This document shows positions 19,760 through 29,325 of a stretch of DNA of 64,000 nucleotides, one piece after another (within the stretch, counting starts at the first letter, position 1; each line of letters opens with the position of its first letter). The translations under genes were made by a program, and so were the position numbers. Under the pieces are notes generated by a model, which saw only the letters and a list, made by a program, of their open reading frames with translations, was not told where the DNA came from and did no database searches. Source of the stretch: an uncultured Verrucomicrobiae bacterium. Lineage in GTDB: Bacteria > Verrucomicrobiota > Verrucomicrobiia > Chthoniobacterales > UBA10450. The DNA lies in contig CAVSDR010000003.1 in the NCBI GenBank assembly GCA_963726745.1, positions 480,001-544,000 on the forward strand, given 5' to 3'.

Positions 19760-20449
19760 ATGTCCACTGTGAGTGCGGACCTGAAACTGATCACCTTCGA
19801 CGCGGCGGGCACCTTGATCGAGCTGACCGAGAGCGTCGGCTGGCACTATGCGCACGTCGGGCGGCGGCTCGGCCTGCAGCTGGACGCAGCGGCGCTCGAG
19901 GCTGCCTTCGGCCGCGTCTGGAAGGAAATGCCCGCGCGGCCGGCGACCGGCGAACCGCGCGAAGACGACGACAAAGAATGGTGGCGTGTGCTGGTCGACA
20001 GGATCTTCGACCAGGTGGCGCCGGCCACGCGCGACCTCGACCGCGACAACTTCTTCGAGATCGCCTACGAGCACTTTGCCGAGGCTGGCGTCTGGCGGCT
20101 TTTCCCGGAAACGCTCGAGGTGCTGGAGGCATTGCATCGCCGTTACGACCTGGTGGTGATCTCGAATTTCGACGGCCGCCTGCGGATGGTCTTCGAGCAT
20201 CTCGGGATCTCCCGCTTCTTCAAAGCGCTGGCTATTTCCAGCGAGATCGGCGCGGACAAGCCCGACCCGCTGATCTTCCAACGCGCCCTCGCGCTGGGCG
20301 GCGGGGCGCAGCCTAACGAGGCGTTGCACGTGGGCGACGATCCCCGGCGCGACTGGGCCGCCGCCCGCGCCGCCGGGCTGCAGGTCTTCGAGCTCGAGCG
20401 CCCGCGAAACACCCTGCGCGAGCTCGTGGCCGCTTGCGCCGGCAAATGA
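19760..20449 (+). CDS. HAD-IA family hydrolase
   Basis: FDAAGTL, ISNFD, KPDP.IF, HVGDD..D. Confidence 0.9.
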   Translation: MSTVSADLKLITFDAAGTLIELTESVGWHYAHVGRRLGLQLDAAALEAAFGRVWKEMPARPATGEPREDDDKEWWRVLVDRIFDQVAPATRDLDRDNFFEIAYEHFAEAGVWRLFPETLEVLEALHRRYDLVVISNFDGRLRMVFEHLGISRFFKALAISSEIGADKPDPLIFQRALALGGGAQPNEALHVGDDPRRDWAAARAAGLQVFELERPRNTLRELVAACAGK

Positions 20450-20492
20450 TGTAGACTAAACCAAACCTCGCGCCGCTTTCCCGGCGCTGAGC

Positions 20493-20564
20493 GGGTTGGT
20501 AGCTCAATGGTAGAGCAGCGCCCTTTTAAGGCGTTGGTTGTGGGTTCGAGTCCCACCCGACCCA
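20493..20564 (+). tRNA. tRNA-Lys(UUU)
   Basis: Acceptor GGGTTGG/CCGACCC, D-arm AGCTCAATGGTAGAGC, anticodon loop CTTTTAA, T-loop GTTCGAGT; CCA not encoded. Confidence 0.97.
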
Positions 20565-20571
20565 CTTCCGC

Positions 20572-21459
20572 CTACGGCTTTGCCCGCACGATCGTGACCG
20601 GCGTGCCGCGGCGAATGAGCAATTGCAGCTCGGCCAGGTCAGCCGTGAGCAAGGCGATCCCGCGCGGCGGGATCTCTGGATTGCGCGAAGCTTCCTCGGG
20701 GCGCTCGGCTAATTCCACCGTCTCCGGCGCGACGCTCGCGTCCTCATCGATGCCATAGAGGATGTAACCGCCGCGGCCGAGATGGATCCGCGGGTCGGCC
20801 GTCGCTTTCTCCTGCTCGGCATCGGAGGAGACGCGGCCGCCCTCTTTCCAGAAGGTGGTCGCGGTGACCTTGGTTACGACCAGCGCCTGGCGCACGCGCG
20901 GGAGGAGGTGGACGTCGACCACCGGGTATTCCTTGAAGAAGCCGTCGCCGTGATGCACGACTAACCGCTCGTTAGGCAAATCGAGTGTGAGGGTAAAATC
21001 GTTGTCCGGCACGAGCAATTGATCGCCCGGGCGCAGGAGCGAGGACTCGAGGTTGCTCGCGCGCATGATGCTCGCGGGCGTGGAGTCGAGCTTGCGCGCA
21101 ATCCGCCAGAGGGAATCGCCCCGCTGGACGGTGTATTCGCTTTTGCCGAAAAGGCTCTCGCGCGAGAAGAACATCTCGGTGTTAATCTCGCCGAGAAGGT
21201 CGCGCGCGGCCTGGGCTTCGGCCGCATTGGGATACAGGCGGATTTGCTGGCGCAAAAGCGTCTGCGCCTCGACCGGCCGGCCGGCCGCGCGCAAGGCGCG
21301 GGCGGCGTCAATCTGTTTCACCAACGGGTGCACATAGACCGGCGCGGTCTGGCCCCGCAAATGGCGATACGGAAAGAGCAGCGGAACTCCGAAACGGATC
21401 GCGCCGCCGGCGATCGCCGCGGCCAGGACCACCACCGTGAGGAGTTTAAGCTGCTTCAT
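20572..21459 (-). CDS. Membrane-anchored LysM protein with a degenerate YkuD/L,D-transpeptidase-like domain
   Basis: LysM YTVQRGDSLWRIA..IMRASNL..LRPGDQL.VP; YkuD-like LTLDL..RL...KEYPV...GTPVTI. Confidence 0.75.
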   Translation of the reverse strand: MKQLKLLTVVVLAAAIAGGAIRFGVPLLFPYRHLRGQTAPVYVHPLVKQIDAARALRAAGRPVEAQTLLRQQIRLYPNAAEAQAARDLLGEINTEMFFSRESLFGKSEYTVQRGDSLWRIARKLDSTPASIMRASNLESSLLRPGDQLLVPDNDFTLTLDLPNERLVVHHGDGFFKEYPVVDVHLLPRVRQALVVTKVTATTFWKEGGRVSSDAEQEKATADPRIHLGRGGYILYGIDEDASVAPETVELAERPEEASRNPEIPPRGIALLTADLAELQLLIRRGTPVTIVRAKP

Positions 21460-22855
21460 GTCTGACCGGAAGATACACCGAAAACTCCGAGCCTTCACCG
21501 AGACGGCTGCGCACTTCCACCCGGCCACGATGCGCTTCCACGATCGCTTTGACCAAGTTTAATCCCAGCCCGAGTCCCGGTTGCCCGCGACTTTTATCGC
21601 CGCGGTAGAGGCGCTCCCAGATGCGCGGAAGATCGGCCGGCTCGATCCCCTGGCCGGTGTCGCGCAGCCGCACCCGCACTTCGCCGGCGGAGCAATCCGC
21701 GGCCACCGAGACGACGCCGCCTGCAGGGGTGTATTTGATCGCATTATCCAGCAAATTCGCGAAGACCTGGCGCACGCGCGGCGCATCCACCAGCGCCTCG
21801 CAACCGCCGGCCAGGTCGGTCGTGAGATCGATGCCTTTCTCCTCCGCGACGTGCGCGTAGAGCGCGACCGCGTCGTCAATCAGCCGGCTAATTTCCGTAG
21901 GCGCACGCTGCAGCCGCATGAGCCCGGCCTCGGCCTGGGAGACATCCATGAGCGTGCGGATGATGGTTTGCACGCGCTCGGTCTCCTCGAGCGCGGAGCC
22001 GATGCGATCGTGCAACGCCTCCACGTGGCCATCCTCGGCCAGCGCCTCCTCGAGGGTCGCGCGCAAGCGCGCGAGCGGCGTGCGCAGATCGTGCGCGACA
22101 TTATCGAGCGAATCGCGCAGGGCGCGAAAGAGCGCTTCGTTGTGATCGAGCATGCGATTGAAGAGAACCGCGAGGTCGCGCAGCTCGTCGTTCGCCGGGC
22201 GAATGGGCACGCGGACGTCGAGCCGGCCGGTGTCGATGATCGAGGACGCCGCCGCGAGCACGCCGCGCACTGGCTGGGTCAGGCGATTGGTGAAGAGCAT
22301 CCCGCCGACCATTCCCAGCAGCACCAGCGGCAGCAGGACGAGCGCGAAGGTTTGGCGGAAATTAGCCAGCAACTTCGCCCGGCTGTCGCTGCTCCGGCCG
22401 ATCAGGAAGCGCTCGCCATCGGGCAGGGTCGAGGTGGCCACGGTCAGGTCGACCTCGGAATCGCGCGCCAGCCGGCGCCAGCCTTGTTCCGCGCCGGCCG
22501 CGCTGGCCTGCGCCGATCGCAGGTCGCGCTCGCTCCAATCCCCGGGCACGATTTGCAACGCGGGCGCCTGCCCGGCCCGGTCCACTTGCACGAAATATTC
22601 GCGCTGACCGCGCAGGCGATTGATCCGCTCGCTCCATTCCCGCAACGCCGGCAGTCCGCCGTGCTGGTAGACCGAGACGTATTCGTGCAGCCGCGCCTCG
22701 ATCATGTCGCGGTCTTTCCGGTCAATCGCCGCGCCTAACAAGAAGTAAACCAGGACCAGGAGCAAGAGAGCGCTCACCAGGAAAAGCGCAGCATACCAAA
22801 GCCCCACCCGGAAAGTGAGGGTGCGGGGCAGTTCCCTAATCTGCTTCCAGGACAT
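21446..22855 (-). CDS. HAMP sensor histidine kinase (CusS/OmpR-class partner)
   Basis: Two TM helices, HAMP, AHDLRTPL, NLLDNAIKYT, DTGQGI, GLGLGL. Confidence 0.93.
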   Translation of the reverse strand: MSWKQIRELPRTLTFRVGLWYAALFLVSALLLLVLVYFLLGAAIDRKDRDMIEARLHEYVSVYQHGGLPALREWSERINRLRGQREYFVQVDRAGQAPALQIVPGDWSERDLRSAQASAAGAEQGWRRLARDSEVDLTVATSTLPDGERFLIGRSSDSRAKLLANFRQTFALVLLPLVLLGMVGGMLFTNRLTQPVRGVLAAASSIIDTGRLDVRVPIRPANDELRDLAVLFNRMLDHNEALFRALRDSLDNVAHDLRTPLARLRATLEEALAEDGHVEALHDRIGSALEETERVQTIIRTLMDVSQAEAGLMRLQRAPTEISRLIDDAVALYAHVAEEKGIDLTTDLAGGCEALVDAPRVRQVFANLLDNAIKYTPAGGVVSVAADCSAGEVRVRLRDTGQGIEPADLPRIWERLYRGDKSRGQPGLGLGLNLVKAIVEAHRGRVEVRSRLGEGSEFSVYLPVRHEAA

Positions 22856-23510
22856 AGCCCATCCCGCGCCGGGTCCGGATCAACTTTTTCGCAAAGCCCT
22901 TGTCGATCTTGTGCCGCAGGCGGCAAACGAGCACGTCGACCACGTTGGTCTGCGGATCGAAGCTGTAGTCCCAGACGTGGCTCAGGATCATCGTCTTCGT
23001 GACCACGCGGCCGGCGTTGCGCAGGAGATATTCCAGGAGGGCAAACTCGCGCGCCTGCAGCTCGATCTTCTCGCCCGCGCGCGTGACCTTGCGCGTGAGC
23101 AAGTCGAGGTGGACCTCGCCCACGGTAAGCGTGCTCGGCTCCGCCATCTGCGAATGCCGCCGCACCAGTGCCTGGATGCGCGCGAGCAGCTCGGTGAAGG
23201 CAAACGGCTTCACCAGGTAATCGTCGCCGCCGGTTTCGAGCCCGCGCACGCGATCGTCCACGCTCGCCTTCGCGCTCAGGATCAGGACCGGCATGGTGCT
23301 ATGCTTCGCGCGCACCTGGCGCACGAGCGAGAGGCCGTCGATCCCCGGGAGCATCAGGTCGACAATCGCGGCGTCGTATTCCTGCCCCAGGGCCATGGCC
23401 AGGCCTTCATCGCCATCGGTGCAATGGTCGACCGCGAAGCCCGCTTCCACGAACCCCTTCTTGATGAAGGCCCCGAGCTGTTGGTCGTCTTCGATTACGA
23501 GCAAATGCAT
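22836..23510 (-). CDS. OmpR-family response regulator (CusR/CopR-like)
   Basis: IEDD, DLMLP..DG, DDYLVKPF, winged-helix TNVVDV.V.RLR.KID, RGMGY. Confidence 0.95.
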   Translation of the reverse strand: MHLLVIEDDQQLGAFIKKGFVEAGFAVDHCTDGDEGLAMALGQEYDAAIVDLMLPGIDGLSLVRQVRAKHSTMPVLILSAKASVDDRVRGLETGGDDYLVKPFAFTELLARIQALVRRHSQMAEPSTLTVGEVHLDLLTRKVTRAGEKIELQAREFALLEYLLRNAGRVVTKTMILSHVWDYSFDPQTNVVDVLVCRLRHKIDKGFAKKLIRTRRGMGYVLEAD

Positions 23511-23601
23511 GAGAAAAAGCGGACGGCTGGAGCACTCTGGCCGCGGCGCGGGAGACAGTCCACCGGTTAGAATGAGCTGCCCAGCGCGCTCCCAGAAACG
23601 G

Positions 23602-23631
23602 AAAAGGCCTCGCGCCTTTCGACGCGAGGCC
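23602..23631 (-). terminator. Intrinsic terminator
   Basis: GGCCTCGCG-8nt-CGCGAGGCC hairpin with a T-run on the minus strand, downstream of 23656..24855. Confidence 0.7.
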
Positions 23632-23655
23632 CCCCTGGTAAACTTCCCTAGCGGC

Positions 23656-24855
23656 TTAATCGTGGTTCACTTCGTAGATTTCTACCAGCCCAATTCCTTG
23701 GGTGGTGTCGGCCCCGGAGGCGCTCACGATCGTGGTGTAGGCGCCCGGTTCCAGGCGCACGAGCAGCGCCGCGTCGAGGTCGTTCGACGGCGCCAGCTTG
23801 CTGGCGACGATTTCGGACGCGTTGGCGTTCGCCTTCCAGTCATCGTTCTGCGCCAGGAGCGTGCCGTTGGCGTAGAGCTTGAGCGCTGGATTGGCCAGGG
23901 CCGGGGAAACGCCGGCCGCTGCGAGCGACGGCCCGAGCGCGCGGATCATGACCATTTTCGGCCCGCCGGTAATAATGAAACCACCGATGAGCTGGGCCTG
24001 CCCCTGGCCCACGAGGCCGCGGGTGGAGATATTAGCCATCCGGTTCACCAGCGTGCTCTTGAAGCTGTTCACCGTGTAAGTCCCGGCGCTGGTGGTGAAG
24101 CTGCCCTGGAAGGCGCCGTCCACGATGCTGAAGGAACCGGTGATCGCGCTCGTGCTGCCGACGGTTTTATCGAGCGTGAAGGTGTAGCTGGTCGAGGGTG
24201 CCACGGGCGCGGTGACGGTCCCGAAGCCGCCGGTGCGGGTGAAGTTCGGCGCGGTGCCGCTCACCTGGATCATGGCAATGTGCTGGCTGCGATCGATCAC
24301 AAACATCACCCGGCTGTCGCCGCCCGGGCCGCTGGCCACGCCGACGAAGCGGCCGGCCACGCTCTCGTCGCCGCCGAAGTCCGAGGCGCGTCCCGCCTGG
24401 AAGGTGGCGCCGCCGACATTCCCGCTAATCAGGCGCTCGCCCGCAGTGCCCGTAATGGTCTGTCCATTCGAGAGGGCAAAGCTGAAGGCGCCATTGCTCA
24501 TCACGCCTTCGGCATAGCCGACACTTTGGCCGGAGAGGTCGAGCACGTTCACCTGCAGGCGCGTGTCTTTTTCCACGTAAAGCAGCACGATGCTGCCGGT
24601 GGAGGTGGTCCCTTGGTAAAAGCCGTGCAGGCTCAATTTCCCCTGGCTCGATCCGCCGCCGCCACCGCCGCTGCCGCCGCTTCCCCCTCCGCCGCTGCCG
24701 CCGCCGCCGTGGTCGTCAATTGGCGTGGCGCTGGGTGCCGGCGTTGCCGTGGGCGAGGTGCCGGGGGTAGGCGAAGGCGAGAGTTCGCCGGCGTAGGTAG
24801 TTGCGGTTAAGAGCGCCGCCGCGAACGCGGTGGCGAACAGGTTCTGGGTTTTCAT
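23656..24855 (-). CDS. Secreted protein with Pro/Thr and Gly/Ser linkers and a Verrucomicrobia-type 'NISTR' C-terminal domain
   Basis: Signal peptide MKTQNLFATAFAAALL..YA; NRMANISTRGLVG...LIGGFIITG..K.VMIRALGPSL...NDDW...PGAYT..GLVEIYEV. Confidence 0.85.
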   Translation of the reverse strand: MKTQNLFATAFAAALLTATTYAGELSPSPTPGTSPTATPAPSATPIDDHGGGGSGGGGSGGSGGGGGGSSQGKLSLHGFYQGTTSTGSIVLLYVEKDTRLQVNVLDLSGQSVGYAEGVMSNGAFSFALSNGQTITGTAGERLISGNVGGATFQAGRASDFGGDESVAGRFVGVASGPGGDSRVMFVIDRSQHIAMIQVSGTAPNFTRTGGFGTVTAPVAPSTSYTFTLDKTVGSTSAITGSFSIVDGAFQGSFTTSAGTYTVNSFKSTLVNRMANISTRGLVGQGQAQLIGGFIITGGPKMVMIRALGPSLAAAGVSPALANPALKLYANGTLLAQNDDWKANANASEIVASKLAPSNDLDAALLVRLEPGAYTTIVSASGADTTQGIGLVEIYEVNHD

Positions 24856-25022
24856 CTGATGCAGTGTTTGGGTTTTGGCTTGGTTTTTGATTGGTGCGCT
24901 GCAGGAGAATCGGCGCCGTGATTATGGAAATTATGAGCACTTCCCGTTCCTTTTTCCCGCGCGGCCGCACGGCTTTTTGCTTGCCCATCCACCCGCCATC
25001 TCGATAGTGCCCTTCGCCTTCC

Positions 25023-25095
25023 GGGGGTATAGCTCAGTTGGTAGAGCGTCTCGTTCGCAATGAGAAGGCCAGGGGTTCGAATCCCCTTACCTCCA
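25023..25095 (+). tRNA. tRNA-Ala(CGC)
   Basis: Acceptor GGGGGTA/TACCTCC with G3:U70, anticodon loop TTCGCAA, T-loop GTTCGAAT; CCA not encoded. Confidence 0.97.
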
Positions 25096-25234
25096 CTCCC
25101 CCGCCGGTCCCGCGAAGTGCTTGCCAGCCGCGCAACGACTCGTTATACCGCTCGCTGAAACCAGCCCGCCGCGCGCCGGTCTGCGGTGTTGCGAGGGGCT
25201 GCCAAAATCAAACCCACGCAACTCAGCATCCACC

Positions 25235-25745
25235 ATGATCTCAAAATCAATTCTCCTCACCGGCGCGCTCCTGGCCGCGCTTGCCCTCGGTGCCCCCACG
25301 GCGGCCTTTGCCGCGCAAAAGAAGACGGCCGAAACCAGCGCCGCCGCCCCGGCCGCCTCGCCTGCCGCCAGCGCCAATCGCGGCCGCTTCCCCGGCCGCG
25401 AAAGCTCCTCACGCCCTGCCCTTCCACGGCAAAGTCGGCACGGTCGACGCGAAGGCAAAGAGCTTCACCGTCCCCGGCAAGGAAAAGGAACAGACCTACA
25501 AAATCGTCAGCACCACCGTGATCACCAAGGCCGGCCAGCCGGGCACGATCAAGGACGTGGTCGCGAATGAAGAAGTGCGCGGCAGCTTCCTAAAAAGCAC
25601 CGATGGCACCAACGAAGTGAAGACGCTCAAGGTCGGCCCGCTGACCGACGCCGAGAAGGCCGAGAAGGAAGCGAAGAAACAGAAGCGCGAGGAAAAGAAA
25701 GCCGCCAAGGAAGGCGCGGCCCCGGAAGCCAGCCCGAAACCTTAG
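25235..25745 (+). CDS. Secreted Lys/Ala-rich small beta-barrel (OB-fold-like) protein; 1-base insertion at ~25375
   Basis: Signal peptide MISKSILL..AFA in one frame; PFHGKV..VD.KAKSFTV...VRGS continues in the +1 frame to the stop at 25745. Confidence 0.7.
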
Positions 25746-25766
25746 CCGACAACTTCTGGCCTAACG

Positions 25767-25805
25767 AAACCTGCGGCAGGAGCGATTCCCGCCGCAGGTT
25801 TTTTA
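25767..25805. terminator. Intrinsic terminator between convergent genes, probably bidirectional
   Basis: AAACCTGCGGC...GCCGCAGGTTTTTT. Confidence 0.8.
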
Positions 25806-27218
25806 TTTCGCGGCCGCTTTGATGATCCGCAGGTCCTCGAGGAAGAGCGCATACTCGCGCGCGCGCGATTCCTCGTCCGGCTGCCGCAGAAGCGACGACG
25901 GATGCACGGTGGCAATCGTCTGCGCGGAGAACTCCGATTCAAGAATCTCCCCACGCTGTTTCGTTACCCGGAAGTTGCTGCCTAAGATCGCCTGCGCCGC
26001 GGTCGCGCCCAGGCAGACCAGCACCGCCGGCTTCACCGCGCGCAGCTCCGCCTCCATCCACGGGCGGCAGGCGGCGATCTCGCGCGAGTTCGGCTTTTGA
26101 TGGATGCGCCGCTTGCCGCGCGGCTCCCACTTGAAGTGCTTCACCGTGTTGGTCACGTAGACCAGCGAGCGATCGATCCCGGCTTCCTCCAGCGCGCGAT
26201 CAAGCAATTGCCCCGCGGGCCCGATGAACGGCTTCCCGGCGAGGTCTTCCTGGTCGCCCGGCTGTTCGCCCAGCATCATGATCGTCGCTTTTTTTGGGCC
26301 TTCGCCGAAGACGGTTTGCGTGGCGCGTTTGTAGAGGTGGCAGGCGGTGCATGCCTTCGCCGCGTCGGCTAGTTTCTCCAGGCTGGCCGTCTCCGGCACG
26401 GGTGCCGGCTGCCATTCCTCCACCGCATCCGCGGTCTTGCGCTCGCTTTTTTTTACCATCGCCTCGACCCTTCGCGGCGCTTCCTGGAGAAGTGATGGAA
26501 TCAGCACCGCCTCCGGGAGATTGCCCCAATATTTCTTCGGCATCTCCGCCTGCATTGCGTGCACTTTCACGCGACCGGGATTGAAAATGTTCGCGTAGTA
26601 GGTCAGCCAGAGGCCCTCGATCTTGTCGTCTGTCGGCGCCTGCGAACGATCGACGCCCTCGGTAAAAGTCAGCTCGCGCCCATCCCAGTGCGCGCAGCGT
26701 TCCGGGGTCAGGATCGACCAGCGCATCGAGGCAAAGCGATCCACGAAAAAGCCGGCGTTGAATTCCACGATGTGATGCGCCGGCTCGAACCAGGCGACGA
26801 ACCACTTCTCGCCGCCTTCAAGTTCCATCTCCCGGAAGCGGACAAAGGCGCGCATCTTGTGCACGTCGCGCCGGATCGCTTTCTGGAACTCAAAGGCCAG
26901 CGCGGTGTCGGGATCGACCGAAATCTCGAGCAGCTTCGGCTCGCCGTGCGTCAGCCGCCAAACCAGGCGGTAAAGCAAAGCCCAGCGGCGCTCGTCGCGA
27001 TGGAGCGCGACCACGCGCGCCAGCTCCACGAAAGCCTTCGGCACGCGGAAGCGAGTCGTTTCGCTGACCGGCTCTGCTTCTTCGAAAATATCCAGCGCCG
27101 GCTGTTCGCCAGTGAGTTCCTGCCAGACAACCTCTTCCGGCGCGATCCCCGCCTGCAAGGCGCTGCGCGCGGCGCGCTGCCAATCCGCAAACGTCGGGCG
27201 AAAACTGACCTGCCGCAC
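25803..27218 (-). CDS. DUF4130/TIGR03915-like domain fused to UdgX-type uracil-DNA glycosylase
   Basis: N-terminal HKMRAFVRF..WFEP.H.I..RF..M.WSILTP; C-terminal C..C, GEQPGDQED, KRRIH (UdgX signature), HPS. Confidence 0.92.
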   Translation of the reverse strand: MRQVSFRPTFADWQRAARSALQAGIAPEEVVWQELTGEQPALDIFEEAEPVSETTRFRVPKAFVELARVVALHRDERRWALLYRLVWRLTHGEPKLLEISVDPDTALAFEFQKAIRRDVHKMRAFVRFREMELEGGEKWFVAWFEPAHHIVEFNAGFFVDRFASMRWSILTPERCAHWDGRELTFTEGVDRSQAPTDDKIEGLWLTYYANIFNPGRVKVHAMQAEMPKKYWGNLPEAVLIPSLLQEAPRRVEAMVKKSERKTADAVEEWQPAPVPETASLEKLADAAKACTACHLYKRATQTVFGEGPKKATIMMLGEQPGDQEDLAGKPFIGPAGQLLDRALEEAGIDRSLVYVTNTVKHFKWEPRGKRRIHQKPNSREIAACRPWMEAELRAVKPAVLVCLGATAAQAILGSNFRVTKQRGEILESEFSAQTIATVHPSSLLRQPDEESRAREYALFLEDLRIIKAAAK

Positions 27219-27222
27219 GGCG

Positions 27223-28485
27223 CTAGAGCTGGCCGTCGAGCACCGAGGCCTCGGGTTGCGCAAACAAATCCAGTTGCCGCTCCGGCGGCTTGAAGCGCGC
27301 CGGCAAATCCGTGCGATCGATGGCCAGATTGGCCGAGTTGTAATCCGCGGTAATCACGAAGGGCAGCACCTTCTTCACCGAAACGTGGAGCCGCGGGAGG
27401 TCATCGAGTCGCAGCTTGTGCCAGCGGCGCACGCGCACGATGCGCTCCACCGATTTGGTCCCGAGACCCGGGATGCGCAGGAGCATTTCTTTAGGCGCCT
27501 TGTTCAGGTCGACCGGAAATTGCGCGCGATGCCGCAAAGCCCAGGCAAGCTTCGGATCGATCGCGAGATCGAGGTTCGGCGCCGAAGGCGTCGTCAATTC
27601 TCCATGTTGAAATCCATAAAAGCGCACCAGCCAATCGGCCTGGTAAAGCCGATGCTCACGCACCAGCGGCGGCGCGATCAACGGCAGACGACTGGACGCA
27701 TCCGGAATCGGGCTGAATGCGGAGTAATAGACTCGCCGCAGCTTCTGCTTCGTGTAGAGCGAGGTCGCTTGCGCGAGGATGGCCGCATCCGGCGTGTCGG
27801 TCGCGCCCACGATCATCTGCGTGCTCTGCCCCGCAGGCGCGAAGACCGGCGCCTTGCGGCTCTCGCGCCGTTCGATCTTGGACTGCGTGATCCGGTCCTT
27901 GATCTCGAGCATGGCCGCTTCCGTGCGCGCGAAATTTTTCTGCGGCGCCAATTCCTCCAGCGCCACCTTGGTCGGCAGCTCGATGTTGATGCTGATGCGA
28001 TCGGCCCAGCGCCCCGCCTCCGCGATCAAAGCCGGCGACGCTTCCGGAATTGTCTTCAGGTGAATGTAGCCGCGAAACTGGTGCTCGGTGCGAAGAGTCC
28101 GCGCGACCGCAACCACCTGCTCCATGGTGTAATCGGCATTGCGGATAATCCCCGAGCTAAGGAAGAGCCCTTCGATGTAATTTCGCCGGTAAAAATCGAG
28201 CGTCAGCTTGACCACTTCCTCGGCGGTGAAACGCGCCCGCTGCACGTCGCTGCTGACGCGGTTGATGCAATAAAGACAGTCGTAGATGCAGAAATTAGTC
28301 AGCAGGATCTTGAGCAGGGAAACGCAGCGACCATCGGGCGTGTAGCTGTGGCAAATGCCCGAGCCGGTGGTCGAGCCGAGGCCGCCGGCAACGGTCGATT
28401 TGCGCTTGGTCGTGCCGCTGCTGGCGCACGACGCATCGTATTTTGCCGCGTCGGCGAGGATGGCGAGTTTGCTGGCTAAATCCAT
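27223..28485 (-). CDS. Putative DNA modification/repair radical SAM protein (TIGR03916-like) with HhH motif
   Basis: KL.IL.D.AKYD.SC, GICHS..DGRC.SLLK, CIYDCLYC, REHRLYQADWL.RFYGF. Confidence 0.93.
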   Translation of the reverse strand: MDLASKLAILADAAKYDASCASSGTTKRKSTVAGGLGSTTGSGICHSYTPDGRCVSLLKILLTNFCIYDCLYCINRVSSDVQRARFTAEEVVKLTLDFYRRNYIEGLFLSSGIIRNADYTMEQVVAVARTLRTEHQFRGYIHLKTIPEASPALIAEAGRWADRISINIELPTKVALEELAPQKNFARTEAAMLEIKDRITQSKIERRESRKAPVFAPAGQSTQMIVGATDTPDAAILAQATSLYTKQKLRRVYYSAFSPIPDASSRLPLIAPPLVREHRLYQADWLVRFYGFQHGELTTPSAPNLDLAIDPKLAWALRHRAQFPVDLNKAPKEMLLRIPGLGTKSVERIVRVRRWHKLRLDDLPRLHVSVKKVLPFVITADYNSANLAIDRTDLPARFKPPERQLDLFAQPEASVLDGQL

Positions 28486-28532
28486 GAGGGCCCCGAGACG
28501 CAATACGCTGCCAACGCGCCCGAAGACGCTCA

Positions 28533-28546
28533 CGTTCGTTTGAACT
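28533..28546. promoter_or_regulatory. Candidate LexA (SOS) box
   Basis: CGTTC-GTTT-GAACT matches 8/10 positions of the Verrucomicrobia LexA consensus TGTTC-N4-GAACA; ~50 bp upstream of the rSAM-UdgX operon. Confidence 0.5.
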
Positions 28547-29325
28547 TACGCCCGCGGCAAGGCCTGGCGCGCGAGAAACTCATCTGCCAGCGCGCCATAA
28601 GCCTTCGCGCCACTCCCGTTGGGCGCGTAGTCGAAGATCGATTGGGCAAAGCTCGGCGCCTCGCTCAGGCGGACCGTGCGTGGGATGACCGTCTGGTAAA
28701 CCTGCGCGCCGAAATGCTCCCGCACTTCCGCCACCACCTGCGCGCTCAGGTTCGTGCGACCGTCATACATCGTCATGAGAATGCCGCGTAATTCCACGTG
28801 ATCGTTCGCGCCGGAGTCGCGGATTTGCTGGATCACGCGCACGATTTTCACCAAGCCCTCGAGCGCGAAAAATTCGCACTGGATCGGCGTGAGCAACTCA
28901 TCCGCGGCCGCGAGCGCGTTTGTCATCAGGATGCCTAACGAGGGCGGGCAATCGAGCAGGATGTAATCGAAGGTATCGTCAGCGCGCAGTGGCTCAAGCG
29001 TGGTCCGGAGGCGCGTGAGATGATTCTCCATCCGCGCGATCTCGATCTCAGCGCCGGCCAGGTCGAGATCGGCCGGGATCAGAAAAAGGCCGTCCACGCG
29101 TGTCGGCAGGACTTTTTCCACGATCGAAGCCTCGCCCAGGAGCGGCCCGTAGAGACTCTCGCCTTCGAGTTCCTGGAGGCCGAAGGAACTGGTCGCGTTG
29201 CCTTGCGGGTCGAGATCGATCAAGAGCACGCGCTGGCCGCGAAGCGCGAGCGCGCAGCCGAGATTGACCGCGGTGGTGGTCTTCCCCACGCCGCCTTTTT
29301 GGTTCGCGATCGCGACGGTTTTCAT
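28546..29325 (-). CDS. parA: ParA/Soj family ATPase
   Basis: NQKGGVGKTTTAVN, DLDPQGNAT, DCPPSLG, PIQCEFFALEG, IPR.VRLSEAPS. Confidence 0.93.
   Translation of the reverse strand: MKTVAIANQKGGVGKTTTAVNLGCALALRGQRVLLIDLDPQGNATSSFGLQELEGESLYGPLLGEASIVEKVLPTRVDGLFLIPADLDLAGAEIEIARMENHLTRLRTTLEPLRADDTFDYILLDCPPSLGILMTNALAAADELLTPIQCEFFALEGLVKIVRVIQQIRDSGANDHVELRGILMTMYDGRTNLSAQVVAEVREHFGAQVYQTVIPRTVRLSEAPSFAQSIFDYAPNGSGAKAYGALADEFLARQALPRA

Noticed and set aside
24650..24712. (CCG)n-rich tract as a tandem repeat or contingency locus
   Set aside because: Imperfect and in frame; it encodes the Gly/Ser linker.
20493..25095. Segment between tRNA-Lys and tRNA-Ala as a genomic island
   Set aside because: No integrase, no duplicated tRNA 3' end seen, native composition, and it contains motif A and B copies.
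25140..25234. Possible riboswitch upstream of the secreted protein (CAGCCC...GGGCTG stem)
   Set aside because: No match to a riboswitch consensus I recognise; such stems arise easily at this GC content.
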